A DNA stretch of 64,000 nucleotides from Candidatus Deferrimicrobium sp. (GCA_035531115.1 DATKTP010000204.1:4155-68154); one strand, 5' to 3'; shown: positions 44,282-53,960, counted from the first letter of the stretch. Numbers and translations: made by a program. Notes: a model not told the origin generated them from the sequence alone.

Positions 44282-45757
44282 ATGGTCTCGGAAGAAAAGA
44301 ACGAATTGAAACGGGTCCTCTGTAAAATAGTAGAGTTATTCGAATTTGAAGGGAAAAAAATTAAATTAACACAGGAAGCGCTTTCCCTTTTAGAGATAAA
44401 AAGTAAGCAGTTCTCTAGTAATTATGGTCTAATCAGTTTGCAAATTGATCCCAATTTATCACCTAGTTTCAATATAAAATTAAGCACCGAAATGGCTAAA
44501 AAGATTGGTATCTCAGTTAATGATTTCATTGATATCATTCTAATAGATAATTTACTCTACCTTATTCCAATTCCATCCTGTAATTTAATTTCTTATTTCT
44601 TGCAGGTAAGCGGATCTGAAAAACCACGGATAATTCTTTTATCATCGCATCCTAAATTTGAGCGCTATACTCGTGAAATTGCGACTCGGATCCATTCTCA
44701 GCTACAAGTTTTGTCCATCCCCTCGCTTAGAATAGAAATTCAAAAACATTTTATCGAATCTGAACAAAAAATTGATATTACTCTCTCTCGTTTTGAAGTG
44801 GATCTCACTAGAAATCATGGTGACCCACAGATTATCGCGAAGAAATTGGTGAATAAAAATCCCTCCTATAGAATTGTAGCAGAATTATATTTTCAATTGC
44901 TTGGCAAATACCTTTCATCCGAGAGGCAATGCGTCGTTGTAGATATACATGGAATTGCTAAGGGTTCTTCTAGTGGAATTCTACATCCAATGATGCTCGT
45001 CGGAGATGCTCTTATGAGAAATCCGATTGTTGAAACTTTTACCAACTTTATTATCAAATCTAGTCAGGTAGAATTCCCTAATTTATGGATTGTATATCGT
45101 CCCCCTTGGGGTTCCGTTGAATATAGCCTTCAACTAGTAAAAAATTCTGGAAATATTCCTATTATTATTGAAATCCGACAAGATTTACGCCATGATCCTA
45201 AGGCTCGAAAAAAAATTATCGATATAATTACAAATGCTTTGGTAAAAATAGCAGAAAATCTCCCTTTGAATGAAGTGATTACTACTAAACGAATTTTCTA
45301 TCGTCAATTCAATATTGAAGATCTGAATGATATCCTTTTTATCTACCGCCAAGGATATGCTTTATTGTATGGGAATGAAGTAAAAAAACACGCTGAACAG
45401 TTTATCGAATTATTTCAAGCAGCGTTGAGAGAAGGAGTTGAGGGCGAAATGTTTATAGCTGAAAAATACAATAATCTCATAGGATTTGCGATTATACATA
45501 AGGAAGCAAGTGGCAACTGGAAATTTGGACCCATTGCTGTCCTTCCCGCTAAACAAAATCGCGGAATTGGAAGTCATCTTCTGCAATTATGTATAAACTT
45601 CGCCCGCGTAAAACAAGTTAAGCAATTTTATTTGAAAGTCCATGAGCATAACCAAAATGCCATCAATTTGTATAAAAAATTTAATTTTACTATTATTGAT
45701 ACTGTTCCGAGCGATTTAGAAGGGAAAAAATATCTCAAGATGATCTACAACCTTTGA
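44282..45757 (+). CDS. multidomain protein with C-terminal GNAT acetyltransferase domain
   Basis: 491 aa. C-terminal 'IGFAIIH...IAVLPAKQNRGIGSHLLQLCINFA...LKVHEHNQNAINLYKKFNF' (GNAT motif A). The middle region 'CVVVDIHG' is only weakly N-formylglutamate-amidohydrolase-like. Confidence 0.7.
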   Translation: MVSEEKNELKRVLCKIVELFEFEGKKIKLTQEALSLLEIKSKQFSSNYGLISLQIDPNLSPSFNIKLSTEMAKKIGISVNDFIDIILIDNLLYLIPIPSCNLISYFLQVSGSEKPRIILLSSHPKFERYTREIATRIHSQLQVLSIPSLRIEIQKHFIESEQKIDITLSRFEVDLTRNHGDPQIIAKKLVNKNPSYRIVAELYFQLLGKYLSSERQCVVVDIHGIAKGSSSGILHPMMLVGDALMRNPIVETFTNFIIKSSQVEFPNLWIVYRPPWGSVEYSLQLVKNSGNIPIIIEIRQDLRHDPKARKKIIDIITNALVKIAENLPLNEVITTKRIFYRQFNIEDLNDILFIYRQGYALLYGNEVKKHAEQFIELFQAALREGVEGEMFIAEKYNNLIGFAIIHKEASGNWKFGPIAVLPAKQNRGIGSHLLQLCINFARVKQVKQFYLKVHEHNQNAINLYKKFNFTIIDTVPSDLEGKKYLKMIYNL

Positions 45758-45875
45758 TTTTCAAAGGGGTTCTATTTTTTTTACAAACCTCGCTTAATAC
45801 GATTCTATATACAAATCCCTTAAAACTCCAGCTTATCTTATAATTGATATCTGTTATGTGCTTTGAATTAACACA

Positions 45876-47075
45876 GTGATTATTGTGGATTTAAAGAAAT
45901 TATTAATTGCGTACGCTGCGGCGTTTATTGGACCGTTTGGGGGAAATGCCATCATTTCTCTCTTTAAAGTACTTGAGACAGAACTAAGCACTTCTTACCA
46001 ATTAATTACGTTATCTATAACTTTTATGATGATTCCCTTCGCAATTATCCAATTCTTTTCAGGAACCCTCTCTGATCTCTTCAATCGCCAATATGTATGC
46101 GTTACGGGTCTTCTTACTTACAGCTTAGGCGCCTTTTTAGTAAGTATCTCCCGAACATTTGAATTTTTGATTTTCGGTCGCATCATTCAGGGCATTGGTT
46201 ATGGGATCTTATTTCCTGTTATCGTGGCATTAATAGGCGATTTATCGAGTTCTAACAAAAGAGGTAAAGTAATGGGATTTCTTGGTGCATCTACCACCGC
46301 AGGTGTTGCATTTGGTCCTCTCTGTGCTGGGTTTCTAGTTGGTTCTGGATGGCAAATTATTTTCTATATTATTTCAGCTGGTTCACTCCTCATTGCTATC
46401 CTATTTGGATTTATATATAGGAATTTTTCACCACCTCCTGCCACAGAAAAACAAGGCATGCGAAATTTTTTCTCTCAAATTAAAAAAACTCTTACTTGGA
46501 ATATTCTATTATTTAGTATCGTTGGATTTGTTGTATTTATCAGCTATATTGGGATGAATGTTTCGATTGGTGATCGTTATGCGATGCTCTTCCCCGTATT
46601 ATCAGAGCAAGAAGTGAGTTTTTATACTGGAATTATTATTTCTTTCGCTGGTATCTCTGGGATCATCGCTTCTCCTCTAGCTGGAATTGCTATCGATAAA
46701 CTAGGGCGAAAAAAAACGATTTATATCGGTGCAATCATTCTTGCTATCACCCTCTCCATTTTCATCTTCGGCAACTCCTTCCTTTCCTTTCTCCTGCTTT
46801 TTTATTGTCTTGGGACTGGTGCTGCTATTTTATGGGCTTCCTATAATACAATCTCTGTCGAACTCGATCCGACAGCTCGAGGAACTGTCTCTTCGATTTC
46901 AAGTGGCTTCCGATTCTTTGGCTATTCTCTTGCTTCCCCGATTTACATTTTATTTGGAATTCCCAACCTCTATTTTGCCTGCATCATTTTTTCATTTATC
47001 ACTCTGGGCTTCCTCTTCTTCTTACAAGTACCCCGGCAATCTTCTGCATTAGTTACTAGTTCTGCATTCCCATAA
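45876..47075 (+). CDS. major facilitator superfamily transporter
   Basis: 399 aa, ~12 TM helices, MFS loop motif 'GTLSDLFNRQ' / 'GDLSSSNKRGKVMG'. Confidence 0.85.
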   Translation: MIIVDLKKLLIAYAAAFIGPFGGNAIISLFKVLETELSTSYQLITLSITFMMIPFAIIQFFSGTLSDLFNRQYVCVTGLLTYSLGAFLVSISRTFEFLIFGRIIQGIGYGILFPVIVALIGDLSSSNKRGKVMGFLGASTTAGVAFGPLCAGFLVGSGWQIIFYIISAGSLLIAILFGFIYRNFSPPPATEKQGMRNFFSQIKKTLTWNILLFSIVGFVVFISYIGMNVSIGDRYAMLFPVLSEQEVSFYTGIIISFAGISGIIASPLAGIAIDKLGRKKTIYIGAIILAITLSIFIFGNSFLSFLLLFYCLGTGAAILWASYNTISVELDPTARGTVSSISSGFRFFGYSLASPIYILFGIPNLYFACIIFSFITLGFLFFLQVPRQSSALVTSSAFP

Positions 47076-47118
47076 TTAGACCGCTTATATTAAGAAAAAA
47101 TAGTCATCGATTTTCTCC

Positions 47119-47223
47119 TAATAATTACCCAACCAGCCCAAATCATTCAATTGTGGTCCAAAATGTTCACAACTGTCGTTACCCTTTTCTCATTACCGTT
47201 AACTAGCTGAATTACATGTTGTA
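47119..47223. repeat. copy A of a ~105-nt direct repeat: orphan duplicate of the 3' end of gene 48353-48685
   Basis: The core 47157-47223 matches 48393-48459 with 3 mismatches in 67 nt (manual alignment); the flanking ~38 nt are more diverged. On the minus strand it encodes '...LQHVIQLVNGNEKRVTTVVNILDHN*' vs the intact gene's '...LQHVIQLVNGNEKRVTTVVNILDENQ...'. Confidence 0.8.
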
Positions 47224-47469
47224 ACCCTTCCATCCAAACAATACCGTTCAGGACACTCCTTCTAAGCGATCAAAAATGATGATTTGAACCTTAACTAGCC
47301 TTTCATTTTTTCTTAAATTGAGGTTAATTATCAATCTTTTTAAACACTAAATCCCATAAATCTTAAAATATATCTATTTCTCTATAAAATTTGGATTGTG
47401 CAAAATATTAGAGTGTTTTTACAAGATTCATGCAATTGTTAAATTGAATTATGACTAAGGTGTTGATTT

Positions 47470-48291
47470 ATGATTAATATCTTGGAGGAATTAATAGTGA
47501 AGGATTTTAAAAATTGGGGGAATGTTTACTCTGTAAATGATTTTATTGAAGTAGTAAAGAAAAGTCTTGGGGCAAATAATTTCAATAAAGACAATTCGAG
47601 GCTTGTTTTTAGTGTTTGTTCTGATGATGTTAACAGACTTGAAGGGATTGAAACGGTTGAGAATGCTTTGACAAAAGAATATAATAGGGAGTTTCACTTA
47701 GGAGGGCTTGGGGCTTATCCTATAGGAGGTGTTTCAGGCATAATAGCGGCAAGCCATCATCCTCCTGATAATTTAAAAAAAGGAGATAGAAACCAGGGAA
47801 ATTTGATTTTTTTTATTAGCCCTCACATGGGGCTTATTGAAAAAGAAGGGGATTTCATTTTTGGGAAGATAATTCGTCCAGGACAGGAACGGATCACAGC
47901 AGCTTGTGGTGTGATGATGGAATTCTTAGTTCAATTAGTAAAATCTGGTAATTTAAAAAATCTTAAAGTATTATCAGATGATCTAGACATAGAACCAACT
48001 AGAACGATTCTTTACCAAGAATTAATTAACAAGTATTCTAATGAATTAAACGAGATTTTGATGTACAAAGATAAGAATCAACAAATAATTGAATTATTTA
48101 AACTAAATTACACAGCGGTTAAAAATAAATTAGACCAAATGATAGAGGCCTTTTTAAAAAAAGAGACAGATCATTTTCAGGGGAATATTGCCGTTGTGGG
48201 TGGAATAACACTCAATACGAGAGAAGATTATTATTTATTCCCTGGAAAGGATTATTTCATCTTAAAAGAGATTTCATTCCCCATTTGTTAA
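47470..48291 (+). CDS. hypothetical protein (possible LCIB-like beta-carbonic-anhydrase fold; Cys/His/Cys triad)
   Basis: 273 aa. 'FSVCSDDVNR' (C50), 'FFISPHMG' (H119), 'ITAACGVM' (C146). The spacing recalls the C-H-C zinc triad of LCIB-family proteins. From memory only. Confidence 0.6.
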   Translation: MINILEELIVKDFKNWGNVYSVNDFIEVVKKSLGANNFNKDNSRLVFSVCSDDVNRLEGIETVENALTKEYNREFHLGGLGAYPIGGVSGIIAASHHPPDNLKKGDRNQGNLIFFISPHMGLIEKEGDFIFGKIIRPGQERITAACGVMMEFLVQLVKSGNLKNLKVLSDDLDIEPTRTILYQELINKYSNELNEILMYKDKNQQIIELFKLNYTAVKNKLDQMIEAFLKKETDHFQGNIAVVGGITLNTREDYYLFPGKDYFILKEISFPIC

Positions 48292-48352
48292 TTTTTATAC
48301 ACATTTTCAAATTAAAGCTTGTTGATTATTTTATTTTCTGGAAAAGGAAATG

Positions 48353-48685
48353 TTAATAATTTCCCAACCAACCGAGATCATTCTGATTCTCATCCAAAAT
48401 ATTCACCACTGTCGTTACCCTTTTCTCATTACCATTAACTAGCTGAATTACATGTTGTAGCCGAATATAAAAAATATTATTGCATTGTAAGCATTGGATC
48501 TTATAATCCACCGTTTCCTTAAAGCCCTCTTCATGTTCCACCCTTGGACGCACAATTTTTTCCAATAAATTTAACCCAGTCTGTGCATCGTTCCCGCATT
48601 GAGAACATTGCTTCGGATTTACGGGATCAAACCCCCGCCGCCCCAGCGAAACAAAAATTTTATCTGGAATCTCCTTTAAACTCAT
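48353..48685 (-). CDS. zinc-ribbon protein
   Basis: 110 aa with 'CSQCGN' and 'CLQCNN' CxxC pairs. Its last ~35 codons (48353-48459) are copy B of the direct repeat. Confidence 0.6.
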   Translation of the reverse strand: MSLKEIPDKIFVSLGRRGFDPVNPKQCSQCGNDAQTGLNLLEKIVRPRVEHEEGFKETVDYKIQCLQCNNIFYIRLQHVIQLVNGNEKRVTTVVNILDENQNDLGWLGNY

Positions 48686-48896
48686 TGCGATTCAGTCCTC
48701 ATATCAAATCCTTATCAACCTATTAAAATTACTAAACTCGTATTGCTATTTCTTATGGGGAGTATTTTTAATTTTACATTGCGTTTTTTCTGAAAAAATT
48801 TTTATTCCCTTTATTTATGTCGTTAAGTAGAAAATCCTAACGATGAATAATTTCAAACCAGATAAGATAAACGCGTGATGTTAAAGGTGTTTTAAA

Positions 48897-50498
48897 ATGG
48901 TTAAAAAAGTACCGAGTTATAATAAGGTTGATGAAAATATAGTTACGAAATTGAAAGCAATCGTCGGTGAAGAGTATGTCATGGCGGATAATCCCCCCAT
49001 GATGTACAGCTATATGTCGCGTGGAATTATGGGTTTACGTGCAGGACCACCTGATTGTGTGGTTCGCCCTATCAATGCTCAAGAAGTTTCTCAAATTCTG
49101 AAGCTCTGCACTGAAAATAAGATACCTGTTACTCCGATGGCCGGCGGTCTGAGCGGCGGGTTTGCCCTCCCCCTCCTTGAAAATGGGGGCGTGCTCCTCG
49201 AATGTTCCCGTATGAATAAAATCATTGAAGTCAATACGGATGCCCGCTTTGTTATCGTTGAGCCAGGTGTTCGCGCCGGGGAAGTCTGGGCTTACTTCAA
49301 AAAATATTATCCGGAATGGGCCCCCCCTATCGCAGATGGCGCGCCTCCTGCTGCTACCATTATGGGCGATGCCATCGAACGGGGCTTTTCCCTTGTTACG
49401 GGACGCTTCGGACCACAGGCTGATATGGTCATGGGTATGGAAGTGGTCCTTCCTACGGGCGAAATCTTGCACACAGGCTCTTGGGGATTAGGTGGTGTGA
49501 ACGAAAAATATCAAGGTGCAAAACAGGATGGGCATGCCAAACCCTTCTATAAATATGGGCTGGGTCCTGACCTTCATAGCCTGTTTTTCGGTTCCCAAGG
49601 CGCTATGGGTGTTGTCACGCGGGCTGCCTTAAAAATTGTACCACATTGTCACTATAAAACAGTCCTCGCATTTGGCTTTGAAAATTGGGCGGATCTCTGC
49701 GATGCAACTCTAATGGCATCAAAATATGAATGTGGAATCTCGGATAATATGGTTATGGTGCAATCTGGCAACTGGTGGTTAGTGCCTACAAGGTTTCAAA
49801 AGGAAAAAATTCCAAAAACATATGATTATTGGGCCAAGTTAGGGATTCCCGCATATTTCACAAATTTCGAGTGTTGGGCCCATTCCCAAGAAGAACTGGA
49901 TTTTGTTACAACAAAGCTACGGAAGATAATCCTCGAAGATTTTGCTAAAATTGCCAAAGCGAAAGTTACTGAACAGAAATTACATCCCATTCAAATTGCT
50001 TCCCGTTTAAAGAAACCTAATAAGATTGCTATCCCTTATGGGCAATGGGAACAAGGGTTCCTCTTTATTACCTGGTACGTCCCATGGGCGGAAGCTGCTG
50101 AATGTGTGGAACTCTATTGCAGTAAAATGGAAGAATATAAATTCCCACCCGTGATGTGGATCGCCTCTATTGATCACTGCCGCGAATGCATCGTTATGCC
50201 AATCTTCTGCTTCGATTCTCGCAATATAGACGATTTTGAACGGCTCGAGGCGTGCGAGACTGATTGTACCAAACTCTTCTTGGAACGCGGCTGGGTAAAT
50301 TACCGACCAGATCCCACAATTCATGCTCCCCTGACTTATGCGAAGGCGCCTACTGAATATAAAATCCTGCGTAAAATAAAAGAACTTATTGACCCCGCAA
50401 TGATTATGCATCCTGGGCGGTTAGCATGGATTAAAGGTGTTGAAGATCCCTTAGAAATTCCACAATATATTTTAGGATTCAGAAAACAGGAGGTATAA
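48897..50498 (+). CDS. FAD-linked oxidase (GlcD/D-lactate dehydrogenase-like, PCMH-type FAD domain)
   Basis: 533 aa. 'VVRPINAQEVSQILKLCTENKIPVTPMAGGLSGGFA' is the typical FAD_binding_4 N-terminus. Confidence 0.85.
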   Translation: MVKKVPSYNKVDENIVTKLKAIVGEEYVMADNPPMMYSYMSRGIMGLRAGPPDCVVRPINAQEVSQILKLCTENKIPVTPMAGGLSGGFALPLLENGGVLLECSRMNKIIEVNTDARFVIVEPGVRAGEVWAYFKKYYPEWAPPIADGAPPAATIMGDAIERGFSLVTGRFGPQADMVMGMEVVLPTGEILHTGSWGLGGVNEKYQGAKQDGHAKPFYKYGLGPDLHSLFFGSQGAMGVVTRAALKIVPHCHYKTVLAFGFENWADLCDATLMASKYECGISDNMVMVQSGNWWLVPTRFQKEKIPKTYDYWAKLGIPAYFTNFECWAHSQEELDFVTTKLRKIILEDFAKIAKAKVTEQKLHPIQIASRLKKPNKIAIPYGQWEQGFLFITWYVPWAEAAECVELYCSKMEEYKFPPVMWIASIDHCRECIVMPIFCFDSRNIDDFERLEACETDCTKLFLERGWVNYRPDPTIHAPLTYAKAPTEYKILRKIKELIDPAMIMHPGRLAWIKGVEDPLEIPQYILGFRKQEV

Positions 50499-50503
50499 AC
50501 AAA

Positions 50504-52051
50504 ATGACGGAAATTAAAGCTGAATCGAAAACAAAGAGAGAAAATGTAGGTGGATTGAAGAAACTAGAAGAACTGAAAGAAGATCTCTATCGCTGCATCC
50601 ATTGCCGCGCCTGCCGCTTCTCCTATAGTGGCGAACCTGACCGCGAAGGCATTGGCGAACATAAAGGCATCCTCTATGAAGGAATGCTCGAAGGTTGCCC
50701 TGCCGGACACTTTTACGGTTGGGAAGGCTACTGGAATGCTGGACGTATGTGGATGGCGCGAGCGGTTCTTGAAGGCGACCTTGATCTCCAAGATCCTAAA
50801 ATCCGACAACAACTTTACGATATCCTCTTCCACTGTCCTACATGTGGAAACTGCTCTATGCAATGCGAAAATAATCTTCCTACTGTCGATATTAACGAAG
50901 CACTGCGTGCATGCCTTTATGAAGCCGGTGTTGAAATGGCCCCTAAGCATGAAGGCATCCGCAAGTTAGTAGATTCATTAAATAACCCCTATAATGAACC
51001 TCATGCCCACCGCACTGATTGGGTACCTGATAAATCAGTTATAAATAATCCAAATGCCAAAATCGCCTACTATGTCGGTTGTACCGCTTCTTATCGTATG
51101 CAAGCTATGGCAAAGGCTTCCTTCGAACTATTGTCGAAAATGGTCAAGAAGGGACTCATGCCCCAATTCTCAATTGTAACAGATGAAGTCTGTTGTGGTT
51201 CCCCCATCTTTCGCACAGGTCAATGGGATGTGGCGAAGAAAGTATGTAATACAAATATAGAGACTTTCAACAAATTTGATCTAGTCATATTCAGCTGCGC
51301 GGGTTGCTACCGAACCTTTAAAATTGATTACCCTAAATATGGAAACATAGATATCAAATTCAAACCGATGCATATGATTGATTTCATCGGCGATTTTATG
51401 ACTCTTCACTGTCCTGCTTGTGGTCAATACAACCCGATAGATGCACAACATTGCGCCAATCTCTTCTGTCCTAAATATGCCGACCCTGTAAAATCCCCAT
51501 TGAAAAAAGGCGACCCGTTCCCTGCTGATTTCCACGAAAAGAAACTCAAAATTACGAAGAAATGGGATAAAGGGCTAGTCACTTGGCATGATCCATGTCA
51601 CTTAATCCGTCATATGGCACATGTAATGAAGGATGAGGCAATCGAGAAGACCACAGGTGAAGGGGATAATAATATGTGGAAAATATACGTTCCCAGCCAG
51701 TTCGAAAGACAGCGGTATATCGAACTCCCAAGAGCTATCATGCGAGCGATTCCTGGGTTACAGGTGAAAGAAATGTACCGTACCGGCGATAATTCGCTCT
51801 GTTGCGGTGCCGGTGGAGGCGTCAAAGCGCAATATCCTGACTTTGCCTATAAAGCAGCGAAAGAACGGTTAGAGGAAGCTGATGCTACGGGCGCAGACGT
51901 TATATTAACCGCCTGTCCATTCTGCGAGCTTAACCTAGGGCAAGCAGCTCGCGAAGGCGAGGATGGCAAGCCTGAAGGGGCCTCTGTCGGGGGTAAATAT
52001 AAAGGTAAAGTCCTGGACCTCATCGAAATCTTAAATGAAATGGTCGACTAA
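50504..52051 (+). CDS. Fe-S oxidoreductase with two CCG domains (GlcF/GlpC/HdrD-like)
   Basis: 515 aa. Ferredoxin motifs 'CIHCRACRF' and 'CPTCGNCSMQC'. CCG motifs 'EVCCGSP' and 'SLCCGAGGG...CPFC'. Starts 5 nt after the FAD oxidase gene. Confidence 0.85.
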   Translation: MTEIKAESKTKRENVGGLKKLEELKEDLYRCIHCRACRFSYSGEPDREGIGEHKGILYEGMLEGCPAGHFYGWEGYWNAGRMWMARAVLEGDLDLQDPKIRQQLYDILFHCPTCGNCSMQCENNLPTVDINEALRACLYEAGVEMAPKHEGIRKLVDSLNNPYNEPHAHRTDWVPDKSVINNPNAKIAYYVGCTASYRMQAMAKASFELLSKMVKKGLMPQFSIVTDEVCCGSPIFRTGQWDVAKKVCNTNIETFNKFDLVIFSCAGCYRTFKIDYPKYGNIDIKFKPMHMIDFIGDFMTLHCPACGQYNPIDAQHCANLFCPKYADPVKSPLKKGDPFPADFHEKKLKITKKWDKGLVTWHDPCHLIRHMAHVMKDEAIEKTTGEGDNNMWKIYVPSQFERQRYIELPRAIMRAIPGLQVKEMYRTGDNSLCCGAGGGVKAQYPDFAYKAAKERLEEADATGADVILTACPFCELNLGQAAREGEDGKPEGASVGGKYKGKVLDLIEILNEMVD

Positions 52052-52054
52052 CCC

Positions 52055-52074
52055 TTTTTCTTTTTTTTCTTTCT
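52055..52074 (+). terminator. T-rich tract after the Fe-S oxidoreductase gene
   Basis: 'CTTTTTCTTTTTTTTCTTTC' immediately after the stop. Oligo-T is the usual archaeal termination signal. Confidence 0.35.
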
Positions 52075-52141
52075 GCAAAATTGTTAGTATTCTAATCGAG
52101 AAACCGAAGAATCTGTTTAGTTTTATTTTTTAATTTCCAAA

Positions 52142-52948
52142 TTATTTTAGATACAATCGTTTATAGAGCAGAATCACTGTAATGAAAGCGACGCCTGTGG
52201 CGAAAAGGACATCAGAGGTGTAATGGGCGCCCACAAGGACCCGAGATAGGCCAACGAAGAACCCCCAGCCGAGTATAAGAATGCTCCCAATCAGTTTCAT
52301 GGTTAATTCCTTATCCCGAAGAGGAATTAAAAGGGGAAGGAGCATCCACCCCATCGCCGTGTGACCACTGGGGAAGGATAAATTCTCTAAATCGAATCCG
52401 GGTGGGTGATACCAGGGGGTATAGCCAATATAATCAGGAGGGATTAGATCCCTAAATCGAATCCTCCCACATAATGGTTTCGTGATATTTACAAATAATA
52501 TAGGGTTAATGATAGCCAGCAGCAGAATCACTAAAGCGATGGTTCGATAGGGCCGCCAATCTTTGTTATAAGTAATACTAGTGAATGCGATGAGCGAAAA
52601 GCCGATGGTTCCTCCGAGTTCCATTAGAGTTCCGGAGTCGATAAGAATTCCAACGATACCCAATATGATTGCGAGGATAATGAATATAAAGGCTCCAATC
52701 TTCTGCTTTTTGAGATTTGAATTGTAGCTTCCGATCAGAACCACGATCGCAATACCAATGAGCGCATAACCTGGAATCTCACCATAATCTGCCCCAAAAA
52801 CGCCGAATGGATTCGTTTGGTTTACCATTGCGATGGAAATCTGTAAATCAAAAATACTAAAAACTAACGCAAGAACAATCCATCCTATTAGCACACCGAA
52901 TATTAATTTCCATGTAATAGAATCTTTCCAGCTGCTTTTTTCTGACAT
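52142..52948 (-). CDS. PAP2-family membrane phosphatase
   Basis: 268 aa. 'SFPSGHTAMG' and 'SRVLVGAHYTSDVL' (PAP2 motifs C2/C3) in a polytopic protein. Confidence 0.85.
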   Translation of the reverse strand: MSEKSSWKDSITWKLIFGVLIGWIVLALVFSIFDLQISIAMVNQTNPFGVFGADYGEIPGYALIGIAIVVLIGSYNSNLKKQKIGAFIFIILAIILGIVGILIDSGTLMELGGTIGFSLIAFTSITYNKDWRPYRTIALVILLLAIINPILFVNITKPLCGRIRFRDLIPPDYIGYTPWYHPPGFDLENLSFPSGHTAMGWMLLPLLIPLRDKELTMKLIGSILILGWGFFVGLSRVLVGAHYTSDVLFATGVAFITVILLYKRLYLK

Positions 52949-53013
52949 ATAACTAACTTCAATTAGTCCTTTTATCTATAATATAGATTTTGGCATTTTT
53001 AAATGCATTCAAT

Positions 53014-53523
53014 TCAAATTAAGGATTTTGCAAACTCCTTGGCATTATTCAGATGGTGTTCATTAGGATGGTTTTTTAGTATTGCAATAGATTCTTCCGC
53101 CTTTTTCCGCTCTTCAGGTGATAGTTTTTGCAATCGTTGCTGTAATTCTTCCTCTGACACTTTTTGTTCCCCTAGACACTCAAATTCACCGCATATCTTG
53201 CAGCCCCCTGTTTCTAGAATTTTTCGAATATCGCGAGGAAATGGACGATAGGTTTCAGGATCCTGCGTGGCATGAGTATAAAATAAGACGACCTTAAGCG
53301 GAAGTTCAAGTGCCTCTTTTAAGAGTTTTTTAACGGTTTTATGAGACCGTGCCGCATAAATTCCTGACCCTATTAAAACGAGATCATATGACTTTAATGT
53401 AAGGGGATCAATATCTTCAATGCGTTTCAAAATAACTTATTGGTCAGTTAAGGCTTCATACATACCTTTTGCAATAAGTTCTGTATTTCCTGTCATCGAA
53501 TAATACGCAATCAAAATCTTCAT
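53014..53523 (-). pseudogene. flavodoxin-like protein interrupted by an in-frame TAA
   Basis: ATG 53523 gives 'MKILIAYYSMTGNTELIAKGMYEALTDQ', then TAA at 53439-53437. The same frame continues 'VILKRIEDIDPLTLKSYDLVLIGSGIYA...' (track ORF 53014-53430). The flavodoxin signature 'YYSMTGNTE' lies on the 5' piece. Confidence 0.7.
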
Positions 53524-53568
53524 ACATATCACTCTGTTTTACCTTTGACGGAGTCATTTCCAACTATC

Positions 53569-53790
53569 TCACTTATTCAAACCTTGTTTCGATTTGATAC
53601 GGCGAATGCCGTAACCGAGGGCGAGAATTCCAAAGATTAAGCCGAAACAAATTCCCATTGTGATACCATAAGCTAGAGAACTGTTTGAAAACTTGTCTTC
53701 TATAACGTAAATATATAGGAAAATAGTAATAATACCACTCATAACGACCGTAATCGTGAGAAATATAAATTCTAATCGTGAGAGACTCAT
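53569..53790 (-). CDS. small membrane protein
   Basis: 73 aa with two hydrophobic helices. Confidence 0.45.
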   Translation of the reverse strand: MSLSRLEFIFLTITVVMSGIITIFLYIYVIEDKFSNSSLAYGITMGICFGLIFGILALGYGIRRIKSKQGLNK

Positions 53791-53887
53791 CTATTAATCC
53801 TCATATTCCTATGGAAAATTATAATTTAAAAAGATGCTTATTCGTATTAGGCACCATTTCTTTTTTTGAAAGCATATAATTGGAGCG

Positions 53888-53960
53888 GGCACCGCCCCAA
53901 ATAAAAATGAAATCTTGGGAGGGTGGAGGGGAATAAAAAACAGCATTTTGGGGCGGTACC
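53888..53960. other. GC-rich long-stem inverted repeat (possible small structured RNA or terminator)
   Basis: GGCACCGCCCCAAA (53888-53901) pairs with TTTGGGGCGGTACC (53947-53960), 13 of 14 positions, around a 45-nt G-rich loop 'CTTGGGAGGGTGGAGGGG'. Sits in an AT-rich intergenic region. Confidence 0.3.

Noticed and set aside
53437-53439. Idea that TAA is reassigned to a sense codon in this organism
   Set aside because: TAA terminates many well-supported genes in this window at positions matching the expected C-termini, so global reassignment is not tenable. A local nonsense mutation, sequencing error or readthrough is more likely.
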